Shown: piece after piece, positions 9,796-17,779 of the stretch
Layout: every line of letters begins with the position of its first letter
How positions within the stretch are numbered: the stretch's first letter is position 1
Source of the DNA: Candidatus Moraniibacteriota bacterium
GTDB lineage: Bacteria; Patescibacteriota; Minisyncoccia; Moranbacterales; UBA11712
Assembly: GCA_030679895.1 (NCBI GenBank)
Contig: JAUXSN010000039.1
Coordinates: forward strand, 34,128 to 98,127
Length of the DNA: 64,000 nucleotides
Direction of reading: 5' to 3'
The notes under the pieces: model-generated
Database searches by the model: none
What the model was told of the DNA's origin: nothing
Seen by the model: only the letters and a program-made list of their open reading frames with translations
Made by a program: the position numbers and the translations under genes

Positions 9796-10871
9796 AAATG
9801 CTTTCAGAAAAAAAATTTGAAAATAGATTTTATATTTTTGGGCTCGCTATCTTGTTTTGTGGGTTGATGTTTTTCAGTTTTTCTGAAAAAGCCGAAGCAA
9901 AAACCGTGACTGACGGAAATCTTGCCATAACTTATAGCGATCCTTTGTTTGCAGTTACGAACGCGGTGCCGGGACAAACCTATTTTTCAGATATGACAGT
10001 GGAAAATTTGGGCGGAGCGGACAGAAAATTCCAATTTGAACTGAATATTGCGGCGAGTTCCAGCAATCTGACGGAAAGGCTTTTTCTCAAAATATACAGC
10101 CTTGACGAAATCGGCAAGGAATATTGCGAATACGGCTGCTTGGCAAACGAGGACATTAAGAGTCTTGACGGAGGCGAATTTGAAATAAAGACAATGCCTG
10201 GAAATTCCACGAAAAATTTCCGCTTCGCGCTGGCTTTTGATCCCGACGCGGGAAATGATTTTCAGAACGTGAGCGCCGGGTTTGATATGAAAATAGGATT
10301 TGAGGATGAATTTCAGGGAGTTACTGGCGGCGGAGGGGGAGGCAATGGAGCTACCGCGGCCGGAACAGCTCCGACGGGATTTTTGACATCGCTGTTTTCT
10401 GCCGTTTCCACGGGGACGACAGCCGGAGCAGAAACAGAAGGAGAAATGCCGCAAGGGCAGGAAGGCGAAGTTAAAGGTGAAGAAACAACGCCGGGACAAG
10501 TCGAGGGTATTTCAGTGTCATCCTGCCAAAGTTGGCCGAAATGGATTTGGGTTTTGATGCTGATTGCTTATTTCGCCGCGTTTTTGTGGCGGACATTTTC
10601 GAATTTATCGGGGCAGATTGAGAAGCGCGAAATGAGATGGGGATGGCAGGCAATTTTGGCAGGCGTGGCGTTTCTTGTCTGGTATTTCTTTGACAAGTGC
10701 CGTGAGTTTCAATGGTTTGTGATCATCGCTCTTGTCGGCGGCGCAGTGGTTTATCTTTTTTATCTTTATTTGTTCAGGAATAATATTCGCGAAGAGCACG
10801 CGGATATAGAAAGCGGATCCGGCCAAGAACCGCCGGAAAATCCAACTGATCAGGCGTCGCCGATTGTATAG
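9792..10871 (+). CDS. Membrane-anchored TasA-like beta-sandwich protein (possible fibre anchor)
   Basis: The start overlaps the upstream stop (ATGA). A signal-like N-terminus is followed by AVTNAVPGQTYFSDMTVENLG (TasA-body-like), a Gly-rich linker and three C-terminal TM helices. Confidence 0.45.
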   Translation: MKMLSEKKFENRFYIFGLAILFCGLMFFSFSEKAEAKTVTDGNLAITYSDPLFAVTNAVPGQTYFSDMTVENLGGADRKFQFELNIAASSSNLTERLFLKIYSLDEIGKEYCEYGCLANEDIKSLDGGEFEIKTMPGNSTKNFRFALAFDPDAGNDFQNVSAGFDMKIGFEDEFQGVTGGGGGGNGATAAGTAPTGFLTSLFSAVSTGTTAGAETEGEMPQGQEGEVKGEETTPGQVEGISVSSCQSWPKWIWVLMLIAYFAAFLWRTFSNLSGQIEKREMRWGWQAILAGVAFLVWYFFDKCREFQWFVIIALVGGAVVYLFYLYLFRNNIREEHADIESGSGQEPPENPTDQASPIV

Positions 10872-10907
10872 ATAACCAGCCAAAAATTAGTTTTATAAAA
10901 TAAATTT

Positions 10908-10947
10908 CAAGAAAAACAACCCCGACGTTGCATCGGGGTTGTTTTTT
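10908..10947. repeat. Repeat family C copy 1: caagaaaaacaacccc-N-ggggttgttttt terminator hairpin
   Basis: A long GC stem is followed by a T-run. The conserved flanks are shared with copies at 12627-12660 (degenerate), 14688-14734 and 15710-15749. Confidence 0.7.
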
Positions 10948-11099
10948 GTTAACCTTGTAAAAAATCCCCACCAGGGGCGGGGATTAGTTTAGAGGATTGG
11001 GAATTCTGTGATATATTTGGATTAGCAATGGCAATGATTTGATGCTATAGTTAAATCTGCCTTGTATTTAAGGCTAAACTCTAGCGAGAATGCAATTCT

Positions 11100-12590
11100 A
11101 TGAATGATGATTTGAATATTTTTTTAGCAAAATTTGATATATCGGAGAAGGACTTTGAATCCACAAATTTGAAGTGGGAAGATCTGCAATCCATAAAAGA
11201 AGATTATAAAAAAATCAAAAAAGAATTATATCTTATCGCCAGGTATATAGAGGAAAAATTGCACACTTTGGACATAGTGCATTCAGTCAGATATAGGATA
11301 AAAGACTCCGAACATCTTTTAGCCAAGATCATAAGAAAGAAAATTGAGGATCCGCATCGCGAGATCACGATCCGCAACTATAAATCTTCGATAACGGATC
11401 TAATCGGGATAAGAGCCATTCATCTGTTCAAGGAAGACTGGGTGTTTATTCATAAATTCATAGAGGAAAATTGGGATTTGAACGAGCAACCACTTGCTTA
11501 TATTAGGGAAGGAGACGCAGCTCCTTGTGTCGAGGAATACGAAAAGTATAAATGCAATATCGAATTGCATCCCCATGGCTATAGGTCGGTTCATTACCTG
11601 ATCCGCTCATGTCCCGGCAAGGATCCCTATATTGCTGAAATACAAGTCAGAACTATTTTTGAAGAAGGATGGAGCGAAATAGATCATACGATAAAATATC
11701 CCAGTAACATCGTTAATCCTCTATTGAATAAATTTCTTGATACATTCAATGTGCTGGCCGGGAATTCTGATCAGATGGGATCTTTTGTGAGGCGCTTGAA
11801 AGATGATTTGCTGAAAGGCACAGAAAAGATTGAAGAGTATGAAAAATTGACCGAAAAGAATACGGAAATAATCAATGATCTGCAGAAAAGAATCGCGGGA
11901 ACCATTGGCGAACTCAATTCCAAGATCCGAAATGCCGAATCAAAAATAAATGCTTTGACCTCTCGCGGAATTGCCGCGGAACCATTCAAGAATATTCTCA
12001 GCGAAGTGAGGGTCAAAGCTTCCAGATTTGAGCTAATGATGGCCGCCAATCCTCATGAAGCGGCAAATCTTCTCGAATCAGCCGAACAAAAACTGGAACG
12101 ATTGGAAAAGTTGCTCGAGATGACTATCGAAGAAGATAATCATGCAAATAATACTGATGATAATAGCGAAGAAGAAGCCGGTTCTTATAAAAATAATGTC
12201 AATCGCTTCATTCATAACTTGAAAACCATAGCGGAGCTGGAGGGAAGCATTGCGCCCAAAACGCTAACGAATGTGGAGGGGCAGGCTGATTCAGGGGCAA
12301 AAATTGAAAACGCAGTCAATGAGATCAGCAGTAGAAGCGGATTTGCAAAATTTCTTATCGGGCCAAAATATAAAGGCATCAAATCTTTGAATGTTGAGAT
12401 AGTTGCCAATCAAGCAAGAATCAAGACTCTGACTGACGCAGCGAATTCGATAACTGATCCTGCCGTGAAGTTTGTTCTGCAGAAGCAAATTGGTCTGTTC
12501 ACTCGCGAGAACAATAAGCTGCGGGCGTTTGTTGCCAAAAGAAAGCGAAGCGCAAGTTTGTTCGGGTGGGCGGCCAAGCTATTTAATTAA
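11100..12590 (+). CDS. RelA/SpoT-domain nucleotide pyrophosphokinase (small alarmone synthetase / toxSAS-like) with ~270-aa C-terminal coiled-coil extension
   Basis: The synthetase-domain motifs are intact: HSVRYRIKDSEHLLAKIIRK, ITDLIGIRAIHLF (Asp retained), HGYRSVHYL and AEIQVRTIFEEGW (catalytic Glu retained). The C-terminal half has heptad-like K/E-rich repeats. Confidence 0.7.
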   Translation: MNDDLNIFLAKFDISEKDFESTNLKWEDLQSIKEDYKKIKKELYLIARYIEEKLHTLDIVHSVRYRIKDSEHLLAKIIRKKIEDPHREITIRNYKSSITDLIGIRAIHLFKEDWVFIHKFIEENWDLNEQPLAYIREGDAAPCVEEYEKYKCNIELHPHGYRSVHYLIRSCPGKDPYIAEIQVRTIFEEGWSEIDHTIKYPSNIVNPLLNKFLDTFNVLAGNSDQMGSFVRRLKDDLLKGTEKIEEYEKLTEKNTEIINDLQKRIAGTIGELNSKIRNAESKINALTSRGIAAEPFKNILSEVRVKASRFELMMAANPHEAANLLESAEQKLERLEKLLEMTIEEDNHANNTDDNSEEEAGSYKNNVNRFIHNLKTIAELEGSIAPKTLTNVEGQADSGAKIENAVNEISSRSGFAKFLIGPKYKGIKSLNVEIVANQARIKTLTDAANSITDPAVKFVLQKQIGLFTRENNKLRAFVAKRKRSASLFGWAAKLFN

Positions 12591-12592
12591 AG

Positions 12593-12622
12593 TTTCGCCA
12601 AGGTCGAACCTTGGCGGGAAAT
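12593..12622. repeat. Repeat family A copy 1: tttcgccaaggtcgaaccttggcgggaaat hairpin directly after a stop codon
   Basis: The stem is 8 bp (cgccaagg/ccttggcg). Copies at 14555-14584 and 17401-17431 carry a compensatory base change that preserves pairing. Confidence 0.7.
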
Positions 12623-12733
12623 CGAAACAACTCTGTCACTCGCGCGATGGGGTTGTTTTTTCATTTCCAAAAATTAAAATATCTTGAAGATAAAAATTTG
12701 CTTTTGCATAATAGAATATAGGCTTGTATCCCG

Positions 12734-12754
12734 CCCCAACATTCAATGTTGGGG
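12734..12754. repeat. REP-like palindrome ccccaacattcaatgttgggg
   Basis: A 10-bp inverted repeat belonging to the same family as the CCTAACATT(C/G)AATGTTAGGG copies at 15760 and 63808. Confidence 0.7.
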
Positions 12755-12826
12755 TAATGAACTCTGGGAATTCACCTGCCAAGTTATCCACAGTATGCAA
12801 TTTAGACAGGACAAGCGAAAAGGAGT

Positions 12827-14551
12827 ATGATACATACAGCGATAAAAATTAAAAATAAAAGCATGAAAAAAACAGCAATGTTTGCGCTTGCGTTTGTTTT
12901 TCTCCTTGGGACAACAGGCGTAATCGCAAAAAACAACGGAGACGGCAAGAATTTTCACAAGCCTCTCCAAGTGAACAAGGAGAAAGTGAAGCATTTTGCA
13001 AAGAAACCGATTTCTAACAGCGACCGGAAAAGAGGGGATTTGCTCGAGGAGATGATAATCAAGGAAAAACCCGCCAACGTTAAACCGGCACCCACCGATC
13101 CCACTTCCGGAGGAGTGACCGGAAATCTGGGTGACCAAATGGAACCTGGCGAAGGCAAAAAATATGCCATCGTGATCGGGCTTGCCAACTATCCCGGGAC
13201 GAGCATAGTCGAAAGCGACGAGATCCTCCCTGATTTGTGCGTATCGCCAATCGCGGAAAATGACGCTTCGGTATATGAAGGGACGAACGAAGTAAAAGCC
13301 AACTGCAAAGACGGTGACAGCGTGAATATGGAAAAGACTTTGATCGAAAAATACGGCTTCGCGCCGAGCAATGTTTTTCGCTTGAGCGATTCAGAAGCCA
13401 CATTTTCTGCAATCGAAGAAAAAATAATGTACTTAGTCGGAGGAATAGATAGCAAGGAATTTAATCACACAGGAATTTTGAAACCGGAAGACGAATTAGT
13501 ATTCTTTTTCAGCGGTCATGGAGCTTTGAGTGAGGATGATAGTATTGATGGGGACATTGACGAAAATGACGATGGAGGCATTGTTGTCTATGACGAAGAG
13601 TATAGTGATGATTCATACATGAGCACAGATCCTGCGTCTACGTACGCAGCAGACTATAACAAAAATGGCTATAGTGACAGTGCCTACATCTGGGACGGCC
13701 AATTGCGAGCGTGGTTTGCGAACGCTGCCACTGACCGGATTTTCTTCGCCTTTGACACCTGCCGCGCGGAAGAAATGGATGATTTGGTATGGACGGATAT
13801 CTATAGGACCACAAAGGAACCAGACCGCGTTCTCGCTTTCTCCAGCGGGAAAGAAGAAAGTTCCTATACCTACTATCTCGGTGGGGCCAATAATAGTGGC
13901 AATATTCACGACAGCGAAGGCCTATTCTCGCACTATTTCGTTTTGCGGGCGATGTATGACGGATATGCGGACGGATTCAATCCCATCAATAAACGGAGCA
14001 AGGATCCTCTCAAATACGACGGCAAGGTGGCAGTGGAAGAAGCTTTCAGCTATGCCTATCCGCTGGTGAGAGAAGCGTCAAGCAATAACCAAACGCCGCA
14101 TCTCGATGATCTTTTCACAAATGACCTTCTGTTGGGAACGCCGCCGGAATTGGTGAAAACTGTGTATGTTTACGCAAACAATAGCGAAGAAACAGCACCT
14201 TATACTTTGAAGAGCGGCGTGAAATATCTTCTGGAAGCAAGCAAAGTTGCCGCAGCCGACGAAACTAACACGATTCGTTTTGACGCCAAATATTCAACCA
14301 ATACCACGACTGGTCTTTGGACAGATCTGGTTGATCAATCTTATGCGGACGCTACAATCTATCCAACGCTTTTGGAATTGTTTATGAACGACGCATCTGT
14401 CGATTGGGGAGAATACAACGACGAACATAAGTACAGAAAGGAAGTGACTGGCAGCGACTCTTTGCTCCCCTCCGTGAACTTCAAAATCAACGACACTGAT
14501 TATTCTGACAACAGCGAAGAGTTGCTAGTTAAAATTTATCAATTAGACTAA
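12827..14551 (+). CDS. Secreted clan-CD cysteine peptidase (caspase/metacaspase-like, C14)
   Basis: A signal peptide (MKKTAMFALAFVFLLGTTGVIA) is followed by KKYAIVIGLANYP, FFFSGHG (catalytic His) and FAFDTCRAE (catalytic Cys), which are typical of Peptidase_C14. The start may instead be the internal Met at 12863. Confidence 0.6.
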   Translation: MIHTAIKIKNKSMKKTAMFALAFVFLLGTTGVIAKNNGDGKNFHKPLQVNKEKVKHFAKKPISNSDRKRGDLLEEMIIKEKPANVKPAPTDPTSGGVTGNLGDQMEPGEGKKYAIVIGLANYPGTSIVESDEILPDLCVSPIAENDASVYEGTNEVKANCKDGDSVNMEKTLIEKYGFAPSNVFRLSDSEATFSAIEEKIMYLVGGIDSKEFNHTGILKPEDELVFFFSGHGALSEDDSIDGDIDENDDGGIVVYDEEYSDDSYMSTDPASTYAADYNKNGYSDSAYIWDGQLRAWFANAATDRIFFAFDTCRAEEMDDLVWTDIYRTTKEPDRVLAFSSGKEESSYTYYLGGANNSGNIHDSEGLFSHYFVLRAMYDGYADGFNPINKRSKDPLKYDGKVAVEEAFSYAYPLVREASSNNQTPHLDDLFTNDLLLGTPPELVKTVYVYANNSEETAPYTLKSGVKYLLEASKVAAADETNTIRFDAKYSTNTTTGLWTDLVDQSYADATIYPTLLELFMNDASVDWGEYNDEHKYRKEVTGSDSLLPSVNFKINDTDYSDNSEELLVKIYQLD

Positions 14552-14554
14552 CGC

Positions 14555-14584
14555 TTCGCTAAGGTTCGACCTTAGCGGGAAAAT
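14555..14584. repeat. Repeat family A copy 2 (cttcgctaaggttcgaccttagcgggaaaat)
   Basis: Lies 4 nt after the stop of 12827-14551. The stem cgctaagg/ccttagcg covaries with copy 1. Confidence 0.7.
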
Positions 14585-14664
14585 AGCCGAAAGAGTTCCG
14601 ACATGGGGTCGGGACTCTTTTTCTACTTGGAAACTCGGTTTCCAAGTAAATCGTCCTTGATTTT

Positions 14665-14683
14665 CCTAAAGTTAAGCTTTAGG
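14665..14683. repeat. REP-like palindrome cctaaagttaagctttagg
   Basis: CCTAA..TTAGG arms surround a 9-nt loop. The same family occurs at 39538/39561 with the loop in both orientations. Confidence 0.7.
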
Positions 14684-14687
14684 AATT

Positions 14688-14734
14688 CAAGAAAAACAAC
14701 CCCTTTGCTCGCGAGCAGAGGGGCTGTTTTTGTT
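14688..14734. repeat. Repeat family C copy 3 (caagaaaaacaacccctttgctcgcgagcagaggggctgtttttgtt)
   Basis: The flanks are conserved, the middle varies with compensatory changes, and a T-run follows. A TATAAT-like -10 box lies about 15 nt downstream. Confidence 0.7.
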
Positions 14735-14779
14735 ACCCGCTATTTATGATATAATATAAAAAAAATCGAATAATAAACT

Positions 14780-15478
14780 ATGTCCGATGACAATCAAAAG
14801 ATAATTGAAGAAGCTGAAGCGTTTATCAAAGAGCACAAGAAAAGTCTGATTGCTCGCTTTGCTGATCCGGAAAAGTATCATTCAGTTGAACATCCGATTT
14901 CGCTTTTTATGGCTGGCTCCCCAGGCGCTGGCAAGACCGAAGTTTCCAAGCGGCTCATTGAGCAGTTCGCTGACAACGCTCCTGTAAGAATTGATGCGGA
15001 TGATATCCGCGAAATGTTTCCGAGCTACACTGGCGTCAATTCGCATATTTTCCAGCGCGCCTGCACGACAGGCGTCAATAAGCTATTCGATTATGTTTTG
15101 GATCACAAGCTCAATGTCATCCTGGATGGAACTTTCGCCTATGAGCGGGCGATGGAAAATATCGAGCGGTCTTTGAAGCGCGATCGGCGCGTTATCATCT
15201 ATTATCTTTTTCAGGATCCGGTCATCGCTTGGAAATTCACCAAAATTCGCGAGGAAACCGAGGGTCGCCGGGTTTCAAAAGAAGTTTTTATTTGCTCTTT
15301 TCTCCGTGCTCGTGAAAATGTAAATGAGGCCAAAGCGCATTTTGGCGAAAAAATTGAATTAAACATGATTATCAAGGATTTCACCAACAATTTCGAGAAA
15401 GTTTTTTCGAATATTGGGAGTATTGATAAATATCTGCCAAGGGTGTATACTAAAAACGAACTTGAAAAAATATTATGA
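14780..15478 (+). CDS. Zeta-toxin family P-loop kinase
   Basis: The Walker A motif MAGSPGAGKT, the RIDADDIRE region and DGTF match the Zeta_toxin (UNAG kinase) fold. The protein is 232 aa long. Confidence 0.7.
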   Translation: MSDDNQKIIEEAEAFIKEHKKSLIARFADPEKYHSVEHPISLFMAGSPGAGKTEVSKRLIEQFADNAPVRIDADDIREMFPSYTGVNSHIFQRACTTGVNKLFDYVLDHKLNVILDGTFAYERAMENIERSLKRDRRVIIYYLFQDPVIAWKFTKIREETEGRRVSKEVFICSFLRARENVNEAKAHFGEKIELNMIIKDFTNNFEKVFSNIGSIDKYLPRVYTKNELEKIL

Positions 15479-15660
15479 TCAAGAAAATAAAAAGCTATTT
15501 TTGCCCCAAACGCGAAGAGAAAAAGGATTTTTCTTCTTTTTTTAACCGTGCCTCAGAAGCGGAAAAGCGAAAATTGATGGAAGATGTCGCCCGAAAAGCC
15601 AACGAAGATCAGCGGAATTTGATCGAGCGATACGAACGAACCAACCACAAAATCGCCTAA
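15475..15660 (+). CDS. Small K/E-rich protein translationally coupled to the zeta-toxin gene (candidate antitoxin/partner)
   Basis: The ATG overlaps the zeta stop (ATGA). The product is a 61-aa charged, predicted helical protein with no homology I can recognise. Confidence 0.35.
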   Translation: MIKKIKSYFCPKREEKKDFSSFFNRASEAEKRKLMEDVARKANEDQRNLIERYERTNHKIA

Positions 15661-15685
15661 GATATTCTTTTTGACATTAATTTTT

Positions 15686-15705
15686 CCTAAGTATTTAGCT
15701 CTAGG
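15686..15705. repeat. REP-like imperfect palindrome cctaagtatttagctctagg
   Basis: CCTAAG..CTAGG arms; directly abuts family-C copy 4. Confidence 0.5.
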
Positions 15706-15709
15706 AATC

Positions 15710-15749
15710 CAAGAAAAACAGCCCCGCCTCACCGGCGGGTTGTTTTTTT
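15710..15749. repeat. Repeat family C copy 4 (caagaaaaacagccccgcctcaccggcgggttgttttttt)
   Basis: Conserved flanks and a T-run. Confidence 0.7.
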
Positions 15750-15759
15750 ATTAACCCAT

Positions 15760-15779
15760 CCTAACATTCAATGTTAGGG
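15760..15779. repeat. REP palindrome cctaacattcaatgttaggg (plus adjacent half-copy aatgttagggtg)
   Basis: A perfect 9-bp inverted repeat with near-identical copies at 63808-63827 and 12734-12754. Confidence 0.75.
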
Positions 15780-15877
15780 TAAATAATGTTAGGGTGAATA
15801 GGTGAAAATCTTGATATTTTGGCTCGGACGTGCTATCAAGTGTCTATCAAACCTATGCCGGGGAGGGCAAATTCATT

Positions 15878-16621
15878 ATGAAAGTAAAGGCGGTTTTGGC
15901 CGGATTCTTCGTGATTTGCGGCTTATTGTTCTTTAACAAGCCCGTAATGGCGGGTTATCAACTCAATAAAGGCCAGCTGGAGCGGGAAATCAGCGCGGCT
16001 GGGCTGCGGCTTATCGGCGAAACTGATTATTATGGCGTTCCGTGCCTTGAGGTGGAGCTTCCGCTTGACGAAGCGATTTTTCAGATCTGCCGGAAAGTTC
16101 CGACGCTGAACGCGTTCTATCTTGAAACGCGGGAAGCGATCGCCATTATGAATGGCCTCAATCCTTTTTATCCGCGGAGCCAGCGAGGCCGTCAGTTCGA
16201 TACGGTCAGAAAAACCATCCTGATTCCGCTGGATACGACCATCCAGCCCAAGCTTTTTCCTTCATCCAACGGGAACTTCGCGTCATACGCCCAGGCTATT
16301 TTTGTGGACCGGGAGAAACAAGCGCTGGCTTATTATGAACACGGCCAATTGGTTGCCTGCTTTCCCGTTTCCACGGGCCGTTCCGGAAAGGGAACTCCAG
16401 CCATGCAAGGCTGGATAAAGCTCAAGGACGAGGACCATATTTCTTCAATCTATGACGTCCTTATGCCGTTTTCACTATTACTGGCAAGCCCCTATTTTGT
16501 TCACGCAGGCGTAATGCCGGGGATGCCGGATTCAGCCGGATGCATTAGGATGTTCACGGAGCATGCCAGATGGCTTTTTGACCGAATTGAAAGCCGGAAA
16601 ACGCGGTTCAAAGTGGCTTGA
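15878..16621 (+). CDS. L,D-transpeptidase (YkuD-domain) protein, secreted
   Basis: VSTGRSGKGTP, HAG and SAGCIRM (catalytic Cys) are present. The start was moved to MKVKAVLAGFF (signal peptide), which follows GGAGGG. Confidence 0.65.
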   Translation: MKVKAVLAGFFVICGLLFFNKPVMAGYQLNKGQLEREISAAGLRLIGETDYYGVPCLEVELPLDEAIFQICRKVPTLNAFYLETREAIAIMNGLNPFYPRSQRGRQFDTVRKTILIPLDTTIQPKLFPSSNGNFASYAQAIFVDREKQALAYYEHGQLVACFPVSTGRSGKGTPAMQGWIKLKDEDHISSIYDVLMPFSLLLASPYFVHAGVMPGMPDSAGCIRMFTEHARWLFDRIESRKTRFKVA

Positions 16622-16655
16622 GAACAAAATCTCAATTTTGATCCGGAGGAAACAT

Positions 16656-17399
16656 ATGAAAGCAAGACTGATGATTTTTTTGTTCGCTGTCATCGCAGTA
16701 GCGCTTCCGGCCACCAACTCGCTGGCCGATTACCAACTTGACCCGAACCGGCTCCGGGCGGAACTGGCCGCGGCGGGCATCAAAGCGGGGAAACTGGGGA
16801 AAATCAGCAACATTCCCTATTTGGAAGTAGCCTTTCCAGACGGGAAAAGCGTTGACGATCTCTGCGAGATAATTTCCTCGCTCAAGGAAAATATGCCCGA
16901 GACGCGGTTGGTCATCGCCATTTCCAACCGGCTTCATCCTGATCTTATCCGGGGAAAGGAAGGCGAGCCTTTTACCACCGAACTCCGGTGGCTGAAGGTC
17001 GTTCTGGACACGAAGGTCAAGTCCAAAAATATCTTTCCCGAGTTTGACGAAAAACTGGCCGGGAAAGAGAGTCATTTCATCATTGACTTGTCGAAGCAGG
17101 TTATGACCCTCTATGAATTCGGGCAGATGACGCTCTTTCTTCCTGTGTCAACCGGAAAACCGGGCCGGGAAACGCCCAAAATCAGCGGGGTGGTTCAGGG
17201 AAAGGCCGCGGATCTCTGGATCGAAAAGTATCAGGTCGCGATGTCCTGGGTGGTGAAGCTTTCTCCAACAATATGCGTTTACGGCGGGCTGATGGACGGG
17301 ATGTTCACCACTGCCGGCAGCGTCAAGACCTACCCCAGCGAAGCGGAAAAGCTTTTCCGTCTGGCGAAGGTGGGCGTAACCAGCTTTGAAGTCCGCTAG
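16656..17399 (+). CDS. L,D-transpeptidase-like paralog with Cys-to-Ser substitution at the catalytic position
   Basis: GGAGG lies 6 nt before ATG 16656. The N-termini align with the paralog (DYQLDPNRLRAELAAAGI versus GYQLNKGQLEREISAAGL). VSTGKPGRETP is conserved, but the SAGCIRM position reads TAGSVKT. Confidence 0.55.
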   Translation: MKARLMIFLFAVIAVALPATNSLADYQLDPNRLRAELAAAGIKAGKLGKISNIPYLEVAFPDGKSVDDLCEIISSLKENMPETRLVIAISNRLHPDLIRGKEGEPFTTELRWLKVVLDTKVKSKNIFPEFDEKLAGKESHFIIDLSKQVMTLYEFGQMTLFLPVSTGKPGRETPKISGVVQGKAADLWIEKYQVAMSWVVKLSPTICVYGGLMDGMFTTAGSVKTYPSEAEKLFRLAKVGVTSFEVR

Positions 17400-17400
17400 A

Positions 17401-17431
17401 TTTCGCCAAGGTCGAATCTTAGCGGGAAAAT
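17401..17431. repeat. Repeat family A copy 3 (tttcgccaaggtcgaatcttagcgggaaaat)
   Basis: Lies 2 nt after the stop of 16656-17399 and has the same 30-nt consensus as copies 1 and 2. Confidence 0.7.
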
Positions 17432-17486
17432 AAAAAAACTATCAGGGAGGTGCGGATCGTTGAAGGACGAATGCCATCCATGTTGC

Positions 17487-17518
17487 GGGGGAAGCCGAGT
17501 CTTCCCCTGTTTTTTTTT
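17487..17518 (+). terminator. Rho-independent terminator (ggggaagccgagtcttcccc + T9)
   Basis: A 7-bp GC stem with a 6-nt loop is followed by nine T residues. Confidence 0.6.
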
Positions 17519-17661
17519 AGCAGCTCGTTTTTCGGCGGGCTGTTTTTTTGTTCTTTAATTTAGGGAGGGAAAAATATTGTTTATTTTATTTTCGCGTGCT
17601 ATTATATTTTCGTTATAAATATTGCAAAAATATTTGAAAGTTGCCGTATTTATGCTAAGAT

Positions 17662-17734
17662 GCCGTTGTAGCTCAGTTGGCAGAGCGCATCCATGGTAAG
17701 GATGAGGTCCGCGGTTCGATTCCGCGCAACGGCT
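17662..17734 (+). tRNA. tRNA-Thr (anticodon GGU)
   Basis: The cloverleaf was folded by hand: acceptor gccgttg/caacggc, D arm gctc-agttggca-gagc, anticodon arm catcc-atGGTaa-ggatg, T arm cgcgg-ttcgatt-ccgcg. The 3' end has no encoded CCA. Confidence 0.8.
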
Positions 17735-17779
17735 CATGCGGAAAGATTTAATAAATAATTAATAATAACTAATAAAAAA

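Noticed and set aside
12743-13138. 131-aa minus-strand ORF spanning the REP at 12734-12754 and the start of the caspase-like gene
   Set aside because: It overlaps a well-supported plus-strand gene and a repeat element, with no RBS and no motifs.
17634-17661. sigma70-like promoter (TTGAAA ... TAAGAT) for tRNA-Thr
   Set aside because: The -10 candidate would end immediately at the tRNA 5' end, which leaves no room for a leader. Alternative hexamers have poor spacing, so the assignment is too ambiguous to call.
17555-17737. 60-aa minus-strand ORF
   Set aside because: It overlaps the tRNA-Thr gene and its promoter region.
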